The position numbers and the translations under genes were made by a program. DNA of 64,000 bases from Macrostomum lignano (Eukaryota), in contig NIVC01002865.1 in assembly GCA_002269645.1 (NCBI GenBank), positions 70,194-134,193 on the forward strand, written 5' to 3'. The number at the start of each line of letters is the position of its first letter. The first letter of the stretch is position 1. The notes below the pieces were generated by a model that saw only the letters and a program-made list of their open reading frames with translations, was not told the origin of the DNA and made no database searches. Below, one piece after another: positions 44,187-60,824 of the stretch.

Positions 44187-47100
44187 ATGCGCTGGTTCAC
44201 AATCTTCAGAGCTGTGTTGGTTCGTGTACTGTTCGCCACCCACGGCATGGCCACTATTGCGTACCTGTGCGACAAGTCTAAGAAGAATGAGTACTGGTAT
44301 CTAACAGCCTCCTTGGTTGGCCTTATTTTGGAATCGATTGTCACCTTTGGCGCCAACCGAGGTCGCGAGTGGAAATGGTGAGCATGTCGAGACTGACTGT
44401 TCATCGTTTCTTTTTTTGAGGAGTGGTTTATTTAATATGAGCCAGATTTTATGCTCAACGATATACGAAGATATAGTCGTTAATTTTTCCCTACATGGCT
44501 ATTTAAAACTCTCTTGTATTCTGCTAAACTAACCTCCATAGTACCATCATTGCTGTGGTGATTTTTAATGCCTGAAGGATCCGTGCCAAGGATCCAACCT
44601 TTTTGGGTGGGGGGGGGGGTTAACGTGCTTCCTCTGTAGACATGACCTGCAACTTGAGTCCGAACTTCTAAGGCTCACGAAGAACGAATGTAAATGTTGC
44701 AACCTCCAGTATCCTCTCGTCATTATCAAAATTGGAACAGTTATTGAGCACCAATGCTAGAAAGTCCAGACTCCAAGCGGGTAATATTTCGGAGCTCATC
44801 GAACAAAAAAACATAGTCTAGTGGAACCAACTGATTTGCTCAAGTGGCCCATTGGGCGTCCGCGTCCTTGTTGTGACGATGAATACTTCTCTGCATGGCA
44901 ACGCTGGGGACGCCATTTAATTTCTGGGTCGGCCAGCTTCCTGCAGTTGACAGGAGAGATTGGGAGCAGAGAGAGAGAAGGAGAGAACCAGAGAATAGGC
45001 ATATATCCCTGGCATTGAATTGCAAAGTTTGTCACGTACAACAATTTATTTGACTGTCGGTCGCGCTCTGAACTCCCAATCACTCTCTTTGTCTGTCAGC
45101 CGAAACCGTATTCAATGTCCGGCTGGCTGCTGGATCAGAAACCGTTTCGATCCAACTTTCCACAGACCGGTTCCTGAAGCACCGGCTAGACTAGGCTAGA
45201 TCTTGAGCAGCGAGTGATTGATTCTACTCGGTGTTTGTACAGTGATCTAGCTCAGCTCGTACGAGCCTATGTAAGCTGCGCTTGATCAAGGATGGATCCT
45301 GTCTTATAGAATGATAAAATTACATTTTGTTTCCTAAATTATCTGGCGTCTGGGTGAACTCAAACTATGAAACAGGAGTTGCATGATCTCGGGGTGCATG
45401 GACTCAAACTGTGACACTGGAGTATCTGGTCTCAGGGTGCATGGACTCAAACTGTGACACTGGAGTATCTGGTCTCAGGGTGCATGGACTCAAACTGTGA
45501 CACTGGAGTATCTGGTCTCAGAGTGCATGGACTTGAACTGTGACACTGAAGTATCTCGTCACAAGTTGTCTAGGCTTAAAATGTGACACTGGTTTATCTA
45601 GTTCTCCATATTCTCAGCGAGCAGTTGAAGTCGCAAACTTCAAACGTGCTTCAAATTTTACTTGGCTTCCATATAAGGAAGTCCGTAGGTCATAAAGTCA
45701 GAAGTTCTCAGACTCATTTGCACGCACGCACGCACTGGTCGCTGTTCCGGAGGTACTCTATTCAGGGGTGAGAGACCTGCTAAACCGTTGGCAAATGGGA
45801 ACTTCCTTGAGCACCTGGAGACAGACTTTCTTATTGAAAAATGATTTGCTAAAAGTTTTTGTCATTAAAACGTTTTGTTGGAACGAAGCAGCGTCCTCAG
45901 AAATGTTTGGAATCAGTGAAAAAAGCTGGATGCCAAATTAAATTTCCTCAATCTCCGGAAAGAATGAAGCTGGTCGCTGTGCTTGACTGGTTTTTCTTCA
46001 GCGCAAAATCCGAGACCAAATCTTCCTGCTTTGACCCTCTCCTCCTCTCTCCTTCGGCCATCCGTCATTGACGTCAGTGATAAAAGCCTCAAATAGTTCA
46101 TGAATAATGGCTTGCCCAAAGTAGACGCCCCCACGTATATAACCAGATTTTAGTTCGGCATAGCGGTCGCTGCTCATTAGTCACTTGCTACCGCTGACTG
46201 CCGGGGCCCAGTGGCTAGGATTTGGAGTTCATGCTCTGCAGGAATTCTGAGAGAATAACTAACTGTGTGCACTTGATTCTGGCGCCCTTATCAAGCAATC
46301 TTAACGGTAGCTAGGTGACTCACCGAGATTATTAGTTCATTCATGCTGAGATTGTCATTAGTTCATTCATGCTGAGATGTTGTTGTCATTAGGTTCGAGT
46401 ATATGGATTTCTAGATACAAAACGCTATGGTACATAGCTAGCCTCTATGTTCACTTCGCTCCTCAGCAAAAGCAAAAGTCAAAAGAATTCCCATAGATTT
46501 TTTAGACTAAACTTGTTCACATTTAGGGCATTTAGGGGTTCGTGTGTACAATTTTAGTCCCAAAAAAATCTATGGGAGTTCTTTTGAGTGTTGCTTCCTG
46601 AGTAGCCAAGCGAACATAGAGGCTTCCTTGGTTTTGTGTATTGAAGCATAGCCAGGGACTACTACAAAATTGGAGGCCGATCTCTTAATAACTTAGTCCT
46701 CGAAAAGCATATTTTAAATAGATTTTTCCTTGTACTCGTAGTCAGTGAGTTTGTGTCTATGGTACAAACCTATCGAGTTTTCGAGGACTAAGTTGCTAAC
46801 AGACCGACCTCCAAATTTTGTTGCTTTCATTTTTACGTCTTAACATCATCAACATGTCTAAATGGCTGTGTGCCCTTGTGTCGTATAGTCAGCAAGCCAG
46901 CAAGGAAGTAGGGCCGGCAGTCATACGCATTCTGCTGACCCCGTGCATGCACTCGCACACTCTCGCACGATATTGTCAGACACGTAGATACCATGTGCCT
47001 TGGAGGCTTATGTTTATCTGTCCTCAACAAAAATACTTCTCAATTCTCGCAGGTTCTGTCCGTCGGCATTTTTCTACCTGCTAATCACCGTGCCGAGCAC

Positions 47101-49608
47101 CTGGTTCCTGGAGATGGAGCTGGTTGAGTGGCGAATCCACTGCAAGCTCGTGTTCAATCTCACGGACGATCGGCAGTGCGAATGCAAAATCGGGTTCAAC
47201 ACCACCAACGTGGCTCTGTGTGACCAGATGCGAGCCGGGAACGAAAGCGCTCACGTAAGGCAACTAAAAACTGATTGACAGCTTCTAGTATTGACACTTC
47301 AAACCTATTGGCGTCTCATGTCTGACCTCATCTACATGTACGTGATAATTGGCATTCTCGCAATACGCTGCATCGTGGCTGTTCTGCCGCACAGGTTCGA
47401 GCAGAATGGCAAACTCGTGACTTCTGCTCGTGCTACAACTTTCCCCACAAAATTATGCACTTTTCTGCACTTTACCAGTTTTAGTCTTTCCCATAATTTA
47501 CTTTTTCTGCGTGAAAGTTTTCAGTGAATTTACGCTCGTAGCTTGCTTGATGTTGAAGCAATAGGGTGACAGTCTTAAGCCTGGTGAGAGACATTGAAGG
47601 AAATGGTTTATTGGTGAAGTGACATGGTTTAGAAGCTTGACGATGCCAACCTTTTAAGCTTGATGGAGTACTTGATGAGTAATGCTGAGTTTGATGAAGC
47701 GACGCTAAGCTTGGTGTAGCGACGCGATGAAGCGATGCTAAGCTTGATGTACTCGTAGCGACGCTAAGCTTGATGAAGCGATGCTAAGCTTGATGGAGTG
47801 ACGCTAAGCTTGATGAAGTGACACTAAGCTTGATGGATTTCGCGCGACGGGGGAGAATGGAGTTTGTATCGTAAAAACTTACTCGGCTGTGAGACTGACA
47901 AAATGGCGACCCACTTCGCACCTCAGCTCAGCTCATGTTAAAATGCGCCGATGCCGAAAAATGAGCTGGACGGTGAATATAAGAGTCGTTTCAAACAGCT
48001 TTCGACGTCCAAAATGTACCCGACTTTTCAGGCCCACGGCTGCGCCATGATAAGCTGTCTCTTCTCATCGGTATTGATTGACCTCTGACTGCCATGCATC
48101 GTTTCCTCCATTTTTCATACACTTTTCCTTCGATTTAAACCATTTATTTAGACTTGTTAACACAACACTAATTTTACTAAAAAGCAATTGTTGATTACTT
48201 TATTTTCAATTTGCACAACAATTTATTAACTTATTCTGCACAAAGCCACAGAAATTTACTCTATGCAGTAACGACATCTTCTGACGTTGGAGCACACTCC
48301 ACAGAGTCCGCAGATGCCACAGAGATTATGCGTGTCTCAAATTGATTTGCATTAGCGCTAGTTTTTTACTTACACGTCAACAAAAAGACAGCTAAAGTAG
48401 AAGGACGGAGAACGGAGGCTTTCGCTGCAAACTGCACTGACGAGGTTGGAAGTTTTTTGTTTTAATTTAGCACTACATCCTCAATATCGAATCCTCGATT
48501 CACTAAAGACTACACCTCGGGACAAAACTCATGCTTCGTTTGGAATTCGGAGGTCCAGAAGGTTTGACATTGGGTAACTTGCCGGCAGTGCTGAAAATAG
48601 AAAAGTTCCTCTCTCGCCATCGCATTTTGGCAGCGAAAATCGGCCTCCTGTAAAGTCCTTCTACGTCCCTGCATCAGCGCCCTTGATGGCAGGTTCCACC
48701 CACTTTCCGTCGGAACCAGTCGTTGCTAATGCGGTTTTAAAACAGCTCAAAGCGCCAAATCCAGAGCCATCGCGCAACTGTTGCAGATGCACAAAGACGG
48801 CAGCTGGGACAGCCACGATTTCGAGTTGACAATTCGAATTCTCGAGCAGCTGCTGCTCCTCCTGCTCATCATGGGCCGGTGGATGCTGCCCAAGGGCAAG
48901 CTCACCCACGACCAGCTCTCCCAGCTACTCCTCGTGTACATCGGCACCGCGGCCGATATTGTCGAATTCTTCGAAGCATTCAAAGAGGAAGTGGTCAAGC
49001 GGGACCGGATGCTCATTAAGCTCATTCTGACCATATGGACCTGGTCTCTGCTGCAGTTTGTGCTCGTGATCACCGCGCAGAGGGCGCGCAAAGACCAATC
49101 TGGCCTGCTCAGCGGGGTCAACCAGCGGCGCAAGAAAGTCTCCGAGGTTGAAGCGCCAGTGATTAACGAAGCCGAGGAGAGCTACTGCACCTGTACGCCG
49201 GAGATCTTTGGCATCGCTATTTCTATGCTGCTTCAGGTGAATGCGATGTAACTGCATGATAATTTTTACTTCATATAGTTTTTAATGGGTCTATGAGACT
49301 TTCCCGCAGGAATTTTTCCCGCCGAGCTTTCCCCGCACGAGTTTTTCCCGCACGAGATTTTCCCGCAGCGAGTTTTTCCCGCGACGAAAATTTGCCGCAG
49401 GAGCTTTCCCCGCACGAAATTCTCCCGAAGCGAGTTTTTACCGCAGCGAGAGTTTCCCGCAGGAAATTTCCCCGTCGAGATTTTCCAGCCGAGCTTTTAC
49501 CGCCGAGATTTTCCCGCACGAATTTTCCCCGCACATACTTTTTCCAGCAGAAAGATTTACCCGCAAGAAATTTCTCGTGATTGCCTGTTTACCTTCCTAC
49601 CTTCCTAC

Positions 49609-49639
<31 letters not shown>

Positions 49640-51368
49640 CCTGCCTGCCTGCCTGCCTGGCTGGCTGCCTGTGTCGAATTTATCAAAGAAATAAATCGCG
49701 TCTCTGCTAATAGCTTTCCTTTTTATAATTTCTTTCTTAAGGTAAACAGGAAATCAGGAGAAATTTTCCTGCGGGAAAATCTTTCTGCTGGAAAAAGTAT
49801 GTGCGGGGAAAATTCGTGCGGGAAAATCTCGGCGGTAAAAGCTCGGCTGGAAAATCTCGACAGAGAAATTTCCTGCGGGAAACTCTCGCTGCGGTAAAAA
49901 CTCGCTGCGGGAGAATCTCGTGCGGGGAAAGCTCCTGCGGCAAATTTTCGTCGCGGGAAAAACTCGCTGCGGGAAAATCTCGTGCGGGAAAAACTCGTGC
50001 GGGGAAAGCTCGGCGGGAAAAATTCCTGCGGGAAATTCTCGTGCTCCCGTTTTTAATAGTGTTGGACAGTGGCTCACCGATGTAGCTTAATGAGTGAAGA
50101 CTGATAAAGAATAGGGAAATTTGGTGTAGGCACTTTGTGGTGCCTAATAAAGGTTTATTGAAGACTTTAACCGCATCAAGAGTAAGACCATCAGTGATTG
50201 ACGACCTTGAAAAGGTGAAGACACAGCGATGACCTTGAGGAGGCTCATAGAGGATTCACTGCTGCATCCATTGAAGACTCGCGCATTTTCGATCCGATCT
50301 CCGCAGGACCTGCCTTACCTGATCGTTCGCCTATTCATGATGATTAACTACGACACGACCAGCTACACTAACATCTTCTTCACGCTGAAGAACACCCTGG
50401 TGTGCACCCTGCTCACGTACCGCCTGGTCGTTGTCTACTGGGAACGATTCCGTCGGATCCGACGCGCTCGGAAGGCGCTCCGTGAGGCCGGCCCGCACGT
50501 GCTGCTGTCCGACGACTCCGATCCCGAGGAGGGCGGCGGCGGCGGCGGCGGCGGTGGCGCCATCCGCAGAGTCGGCATCGACGAGGATGACGACGGCATC
50601 TGGGAGCTGACCGGGCCGCGTCGGCTCCGCGACGCGTCAATCGCTGGCAGCCTGTCGGAGAAGTCGGAACCGACGTCTGCCTCTGCGGTGCCGTCTCTGC
50701 CAGCGAACCGGAAATCGTCTACCAGCTTGAAAACTCTGCAGTCGAACGGTTCGGAGTCTGGGACGGCCAGCACAGTGGTCAAGTTTAGCGTCAAGGAAAA
50801 GTACTCGGCTGGTGAGTGGCAGGAGCAGGGATTAAGAGGGCTAATCTTAGAATTCGACGTTTTTAACACTAGAATGACTAATTATGACCATCTGAACTTC
50901 TGTTATGCATAAAATATCAATATTCGAAAGGTGTTTTGAACACCCTGGGGCAACGCCCTCGTTGACATTGTCCCACAACCAGTGCTGAGGCGATTCTGCC
51001 CATTCCGCTGGCTCCTGAGCACATGCAAGCGCGTTAATACTGTACGCAGCCACGCACTCATACAGGGTGTACACTGTACAGCGGCCCTGACTTTCTAATC
51101 GCTGGGTATTGCTGGGTAAAACTTGCATTCGTGTTCTGTATACTGTCGCACAAAAGGCACGGTACCGCGCTACCGCAAGGCCAGCGAGGGGCCGCCATTC
51201 GTAATCAAGTCGCGCAGCTGGGATCGTCGGCGCTGCCTGACCAAAGCCACGAGTCTGCAGGCCACGGATGAAGAGGAGGTCGCGGCCGCTTCGAGGCAGC
51301 AACAGCTGCAAGAAATGGGCCGTCAGAGCTCCGTGCCCATTCCGTTGGCTGATCAGAGTGACCTGTGA
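44187..51368 (+). CDS. TMEM26: TMEM26-like multi-pass membrane protein, 519 aa; exons 44187-44377, 47053-47254, 48787-49236, 50307-50811, 51157-51368
   Basis: RVLFATH...YWYL...RGREWKW|FCPSAFFYLLITVPSTWFLE, LLIMGRWMLPKGKLTHDQLSQLLLVYIGTAADIVEF, IWTWSLLQF, Q|DLPYLIVRL...KN..V..L.YRLVV match remembered TMEM26 motifs. Phases 2, 0, 0, 1; the total of 1560 nt is in frame. Confidence 0.88.
45385..45560. repeat. 43-bp minisatellite GGGTGCATGGACTCAAACTGTGACACTGGAGTATCTGGTCTCA x4
   Basis: Direct reading; TMEM26 intron 1. Confidence 0.9.
46440..46624. mobile_element. 185-bp MITE-like hairpin
   Basis: AGCCTCTATGTTC...CCCATAGATTTTTT is mirrored by AAAAAATCTATGGG...GAACATAGAGGCT. Confidence 0.75.
46690..46794. 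mobile_element. 105-bp element with a perfect 17-bp inverted repeat AACTTAGTCCTCGAAAA
   Basis: Arms 46690-46706 and 46778-46794. Confidence 0.6.
47620..47840. repeat. Imperfect repeat built on GCTAAGCTTGATG
   Basis: Direct reading; TMEM26 intron 2. Confidence 0.75.
49287..50048. mobile_element. Foldback (Mutator/MULE-type) element: GGG..CCC ends, about 300 bp internally repetitive arms, 9-bp TSD GTTTTTAAT
   Basis: TSD at 49278-49286 and 50049-50057. Arms about 49297-49596 and 49740-50040 are near-perfect reverse complements. The loop contains a CTGT/CTGC microsatellite. Confidence 0.88.
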
Positions 51369-51439
51369 AATTTGTCCTTGCTATTGGCGGGTTGCGTGAG
51401 AACTTCGGAAAACTTCTGGGTGGGTTTGGCTCGTGGGTT

Positions 51440-51670
51440 TGGCTCTCAATCTTGATTTCTTATGGCTTTGAGGCTCTCAATCTTGGTTTCTTCTGTCTGA
51501 GGCTCTCAATCTTGATTTCTTATGGCTTTGAGGCTCTCAAACTTTATCTCTTATGGCTTTGAGGCTCTCAATTTTGATCTCTAATGGCTTTGAGGCTCTT
51601 AATCTTGGTCTCTGAGGCTCTCAATCTTGATCTCTACGAGCGTATGGCTCTGAGGCTCTCAATCTTGGTT
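51440..51670. repeat. About 31-bp minisatellite GGCTCTCAATCTTGATTTCTTATGGCTTTGA
   Basis: Direct reading; starts about 70 nt after the TMEM26 stop codon. Confidence 0.85.
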
Positions 51671-53564
51671 TGCCATTGTATCTCGCTCAGATATACTGCA
51701 CCTACCGGTTCACAACTTGTACAAGGCTCTCAAGCTTGTTCTGTTTATATTTACACTTTTTTGAGGCCTTGAGGCATTTTCTTAAGAAATATGAAGCTCT
51801 CGTGATCCAAACTCAGTAGCTTTCCTAGTGTATTTTAAAAAAAGTTAAATAAAGAACCAATGTACTCGTAGTAGTATATGGTAATGAGCTCTCACAATGG
51901 TTTTAAACCCTTTCTTTTCTTCTCTAAAAAGTTAGTTAGCTTACTTTGGTTCGAGTCGGCAATTACATTCTTCGCCTTCATGTACTGTACGAGCGTAGAG
52001 CAAAATATGATTTACACCACATATCGGCCATCCTCGTAAATCCTTGGAACTGGGAAGCTAGATCTGATCTTATTGTCTACTTACCTATTATTCGCAAACA
52101 AGATTCTGTTTCTAATTTTGTTATGCCATACAATAATTAGCCACAGCTAATAGGCGAGTTTACATAACAAAAAGTATTTTTTCACTGGTGAGAAATTGTT
52201 TTGTTTCGAATGAGCATCTGACATGTATCTAAGGAGCATCCGATTTTATTGTCACTTTCTAGTGCTGCTACTCTCGATAATAGAGTAGTATATTGCGAAC
52301 TTGTCTTGTATTTTTTAGTTATAATGCGCTGTCTGAATGCAATTTTTTCTTATAAATTACCTGCATATATGGTTTTAAAATTCTTGATACGATGAGCAAC
52401 GGTATTGTGTTTCTTATTTTCAGTAAGGTACATAATACGATATTATTTGCGAGAGTTTTCATTAGATGGAAAAATCTCATGTTTTAGTCGCTTGCCCTAG
52501 CTGTTTCCATTCGACGCAGTATTTTACTAAACCTTGGCTTTTTAAATATACTAAATCTCTAATATTTGTTTGTATGTTTGTCCATGACGCTCTAGAGATT
52601 GCAATTCTAGTATTTTACTAAACCTTGGCTTGGCTAGAATCAAAGCATATGGCATATATTTTACATTATCGCAATAGGATTTTGAAAACTTTATTATCCG
52701 TGTACACATTATTTATGTTGTGAAATCTTAAAAAATGTTATATAGTAATCTGTCCTAAGTATCTGCGATTCCAATAGTTTCTATTATGCTACTTATAGTA
52801 AAATAATTTTACAAATCATGGCAATTGATCGGCGTTTGGTTAAAAATTCTATTTAATAAAAAATCTAAGTGGATATACTCTTTTCGTCTTTAAATTTTTT
52901 GTTTTGTCCACCGGTTTCCATTTTTGATGAATTTTTTGCGATATTAATAATTAAAGTATTGTGTAAGAAATATAATGATCAGTAACGATCGAGCCATAAT
53001 ATAATATGAGCTTCTTGTATTAACTTTACATAAGTAGTAAGTTGTTTCAAAATTAAATATTGATTTCAACCAGAGCGAAAGTTGTGCTAAATCAATAAAA
53101 AATTTCAAAAGCATTATTTTTTTAAATAAGACAAAATAAGGAATTAGCCTGAAGATTTGACAATTCGTATTGAAAAAACTGCTTTACAGGGTGTTCTACG
53201 CTACATATCGGCAAAATAAAATTTGATTGCTACATCCGAACTTTACGCTATCTGTAAACAGTGTAAACAACTTTAGAAATTTTAATGACAAAATTCATAC
53301 AATCTACCCTTATAAATACAATTTTATCACACGGAGTCATATTGAAAGAAAATGTTTTTGACGGCACAATAATTACGAAAGTACTCATCAAGATACTATT
53401 TTACAATAATTAAAAGAAGAAAATTTGGATATTATACCATATTTTTAAAAGGCTTTTAAATACTATACTCATTTAACGCAAATATGGAATTAAGAATAAT
53501 TTCAAGAATGATTACTTAAAAAAAATATGGCGCCCTATGCCGCGCAAGAGACGTCACCGCATCT

Positions 53565-53636
53565 TGCCGTGACCAGGATTCGAACCTGGGTTGTCTCGGC
53601 CACAACGAGAAGTACTAACCACTATACGATCACGGC
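53565..53636 (-). tRNA. tRNA-His (GTG)
   Basis: The minus strand reads GCCGTGATCGTATAGTGGTTAGTACTTCTCGTTGTGGCCGAGACAACCCAGGTTCGAATCCTGGTCACGGCA. Acceptor, anticodon (TCTCG/CGAGA, loop TTGTGGC) and T stems all pair. A T-run lies about 40 nt downstream. Confidence 0.96.
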
Positions 53637-54389
53637 TAACCGGCGCCTGGCAGAGGGTTGAACGAAAGCCTTTATAAAGCTATAGCTAGCTTTAAACTAA
53701 AATTAGGATTTTGAGATCAGAATTTAGTCCACAAGTGCAGTTAGGCAAATATATAGTTTTTAAATAATAAATAAAAAGAGAATAAAAACAGCAATAATAA
53801 CAATAATTGCAGAACGGTTATGGGCACTCTGGCGCAAAGCCTTTTTGGTGACATGACATCGTCCCACAACTGCCCTGCGCAGGTTTTTGTTTTTGGAAGC
53901 TCGCAATGTTTATGGGGCCACGAATGAAGTCATGTTGAGCTATTTTTTGGCCCAAGCATTAATCCATGCCGCGGAGGAAATATTTTTGTTTGAAAAAACG
54001 GAAATCGAGCATCAATCAGTGTCGATGACTTCCACTCGCAGGTCACAGTGCAGTGGCCCATGCTGAGTATTGAATCACTTATTCTAACTTCTGACAGCCA
54101 TCTGACACTCATAATGATCGCCTCGACTATCACCGAAATTGATCCTGCCATGAGCTGCAGCAGCTAAAATGCGATAGATGCCCCTCATCTATAGAACTGA
54201 AAACTGCTTGCGTCATGACCATCAAGCCGCAGGGCTGGAACCAAACTATATAACTGCTCTTTCTGATTTCATCTTAGCTAAACTATAACTGTCAGTTTAC
54301 AGAGTTCACATACTGACTGCCTGTGTGATAACTGTAAACCTGCTGTCATGCTGTCTATTTTCTTCTCCTTTAACCCTTCCCCCTCTCTG

Positions 54390-55205
54390 TCTCCCTCTCC
54401 AACTCCCTCTAATTCGCCATCTCTATCTTCATCTCCATCTCCCTCTCCCTCTCCCTCTCCTTCTCCCTCTCCCTCTCCCTCTCCCTCTCCGTCTCCCTCT
54501 CCATCTACCTCTCCCTCTCCATCTCCATCTCTCTCTCTCCATCTCGCTCTCCCTCTCCATTTCCCCCTCCCTCTCCATCTCCATCTCCCTCTTCATCTCC
54601 CTCTCTGTCTCCCTCTCCCTCTCCCTCTCCCTCTCCCTCTCCATCTCCATCTCTCTCTCTCCATCTCGCTCTCCCTCTCCATTTCCCCCTCCCTCTCCAT
54701 CTCCATCTCCCTCTTCATCTCCCTCTCTGTCTCCCTCTCCCTCTCCCTCTCCCTCTCCATCTCCATCTCTCTCTCTCCATCTCGCTCTCCCTCTCCATCT
54801 CCATCTCCCTCTCCCTCTCCCTCTCCGTCTCCCTCTCCCTCTCCCTCTCCCTCTCCATCTCCATCTCTCTCTCCATCTCGCTTTCCCTCTCCATTTCCCC
54901 CTCCCTCTCCATCTCCATCTCCCTCTTCATCTCCCTCTCTGTCTCCCTCTTCATCTCCCTCTCTGTCTCCCTCTCCCTCTCCCTCTCCCTCTCCCTCTCC
55001 GTCTCCCTCTCCCTCTCCCTCTCCCTCTCCATCTCCATCTCTCTCTCCATCTCGCTCTCCCTCTCCATTTCCCCCTCCCTCTCCATCTCCATCTCCCTCT
55101 TCATCTCCCTCTCTGTCTCCCTCTTCATCTCCCTCTCTGTCTCCCTCTCCCTCTCCCTCTCCCTCTCCATCTCCCTCTCCACCTCGCTCTCCATCTTCAT
55201 CTCCG
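54390..55205. repeat. CT-rich simple repeat (CTCCCT/CTCCAT)n with internal duplications
   Basis: Direct reading. Confidence 0.95.
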
Positions 55206-55586
55206 TCTCGCCGAAACCAGTCACCTACCAGGCAATCTTGCAAACAAGCACCCCGAATCTCGCCGGCTTTTTTCTGCTCTGTCTCGCTCCAGATTTTAGT
55301 TAAAACCGTAATAAAATTGCATCAAATCCACTCGAAAAAAAGCAAATCGCGTTCAAAAAGCCGCGCTCGAGCAATCCAGCTAAGTGCTACGGCTCGTATC
55401 TGATTCATCTAATAGCAATTCGCTAGACAATTGAAAATTCATCGGATCGGAGTTTCGACTCAACGGTTGCACTGTGGAAAACCAATTAATAGGTTGCTTC
55501 GCGCATGACTGCGTGAGAGTAATGTTTTGTAATTTTAATGGCTCTCGGATATCTTCACCTGTCTGTACTGCAGCAGAGCCTGACTC

Positions 55587-56127
<541 letters not shown>

Positions 56128-56844
56128 ACCTTACCTTCACTGGAACTGGTCTGGCTTCATTGCCCATGACTATATATATCCCCGCATTTCACTCTTGTAC
56201 TTAAAAAGCGGATTCAGCTTGTGAGTGCGATTTCCCTTTTCAGCATCATGCAAGATTAGCGTACTAATGTTTGGAGGCGGGTTCGCAAAGACTGTTCTAA
56301 AAATCCCTCTCAGAGAGGGAATATTTAGCCAGAGTCTAAAATTAACCTTTCCCTCGCAGTCTTGCCTGCTCTTTTCCACTCCCCATTTCATTGATTTCCT
56401 CTTGGCCCGGCTATTTTTAGCTCCGGTACAAACAAGAGACGAGTGGGGGAATCCGCCGCAAGGCTGAGGCCAGAGAGAAGGAGCGGTCCGACAGCCCGAA
56501 GGGAAGGCTTTGCCTCATTGCCATATTTGGCGATTCCCACGGTGAAGGGAAGACTCTTCTACAGGGACGGGGTTTTGGGTGGGGTTGGCGGGGCGGATCG
56601 GAGGAGCCAATCCGGCTGGTCATGGCGAACTAAAACCGAAATTTGGAATGGTGCCTTCAACTTGAAAAACTAATATTTTTCTGCCATAGAGCATTAAGTT
56701 TTAGCGCCACAAGCAAAGTCGTGTTCCCCAATTTTGTTCAATTTCAGGACTTTCCTGAAGTGCCCATGTATCTGACGCTGTCCACTAAGTCAAAGAAAAT
56801 TCTTTGACAAGAAATCAAGAATCGGACGAATTTGAATAATGACA

Positions 56845-57500
56845 AGACCTAAACTTCACAAAACCTAAACTTCACAAAACCTAAACTTCACAAGACCTAA
56901 ACCTCACAAGACCTAAACTTCACAAGACCTAAACTTCACAAGACCTAAACCTCACAAGACCTAAACTTCACAAGACCTAAACCTCACAAGACCTAAACCT
57001 CACAAGACCTAAACTTCACAAGACCTAAGCTTCACAAGACCTAAACTTCACAAGACCTAAGCTTCACAAGACCTAAACTTCACAAGACCTAAACCTCACA
57101 AGACCTAAACCTCACAAGACCTAAACTTCACAAGACCTAAACCTCACAAGACCTAAACTTCACGAGACCTAAACCTCACAAGACCTAAGCTTCACAAGAC
57201 CTAAACTTCACAAGACCTAAACCTCACAAGACCTAAACTTCACGAGACCTAAACCTCACAAGACCTAAGCTTCACAAGACCTAAACCTCACAAGACCTAA
57301 ACTTCACGAGACCTAAACCTCACAAGACCTAAGCTTCACAAGACCTAAACTTCACAAGACCTAAACTTCACAAGACCTAAGCTTCACAAGACCTAAACCT
57401 CACAAGACCTAAACTTCACAAGACCTAAACTTCACAAGACCTAAACTTCACAAGACCTAAACTTCACAAGACCTAAGCTTCACAAAACCTAAACGTCACA
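56845..57500. repeat. 16-bp minisatellite CACAAGACCTAA(A/G)C(T/C)T, about 41 copies
   Basis: Direct reading; upstream of CBF-beta. Confidence 0.95.
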
Positions 57501-57947
57501 TCGTTAAATTGATTATTTCATTTCAAGCACTTGCGTGAAGTTTAAGCACGATGAAATCGGTCTCATGCAGGGACCAGTTTCCGCTCCAGGTTGCAGTTCT
57601 AAGTGTCCTTGGCCTCAGTGGAGTGAGAAAAGAACGTTAGGAGAACCAATAAGCCTGGGAAATAGGAAATGGAAATCCCTTAGTTCACCCACCCCAGTCT
57701 GCAGGCGTACATTCCCGTGAGCTTATCTCTAGAGCAGATCGCCGAGGATCTGAAGGTTATAAATTTAACTCGCTGGCAAGAGATCCCGTTTCGCTTTTGC
57801 TCCATTCTTAGTTTAGCCCTTATCAAGAAGCTTGGGAATTGCGGAACTCCCCGTCAAGTCTCGATCTATTAATCAATCTGCCTGCTAATTGCAATGCGAG
57901 ACTCCGACGCTTCGCTTGAGTCCCTGCTCAAACTGCTGCGTCCCGGC

Positions 57948-60824
<2,877 letters not shown>

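Noticed and set aside
49271-50085. Several overlapping ORFs on both strands
   Set aside because: They fall within the arms of the foldback element.
50847-51311. 154-aa antisense ORF over the TMEM26 3' end
   Set aside because: No recognisable domain; likely a shadow of GC-rich sense sequence.
53930-54151. 73-aa minus-strand ORF as a Cys-loop receptor fragment
   Set aside because: It lacks the C-x13-C spacing and other family motifs; no recognisable product.
56225-56700. GC-rich stretch as a structured RNA or gene
   Set aside because: No convincing ORF, RNA-gene motif or terminal repeats could be identified by eye.
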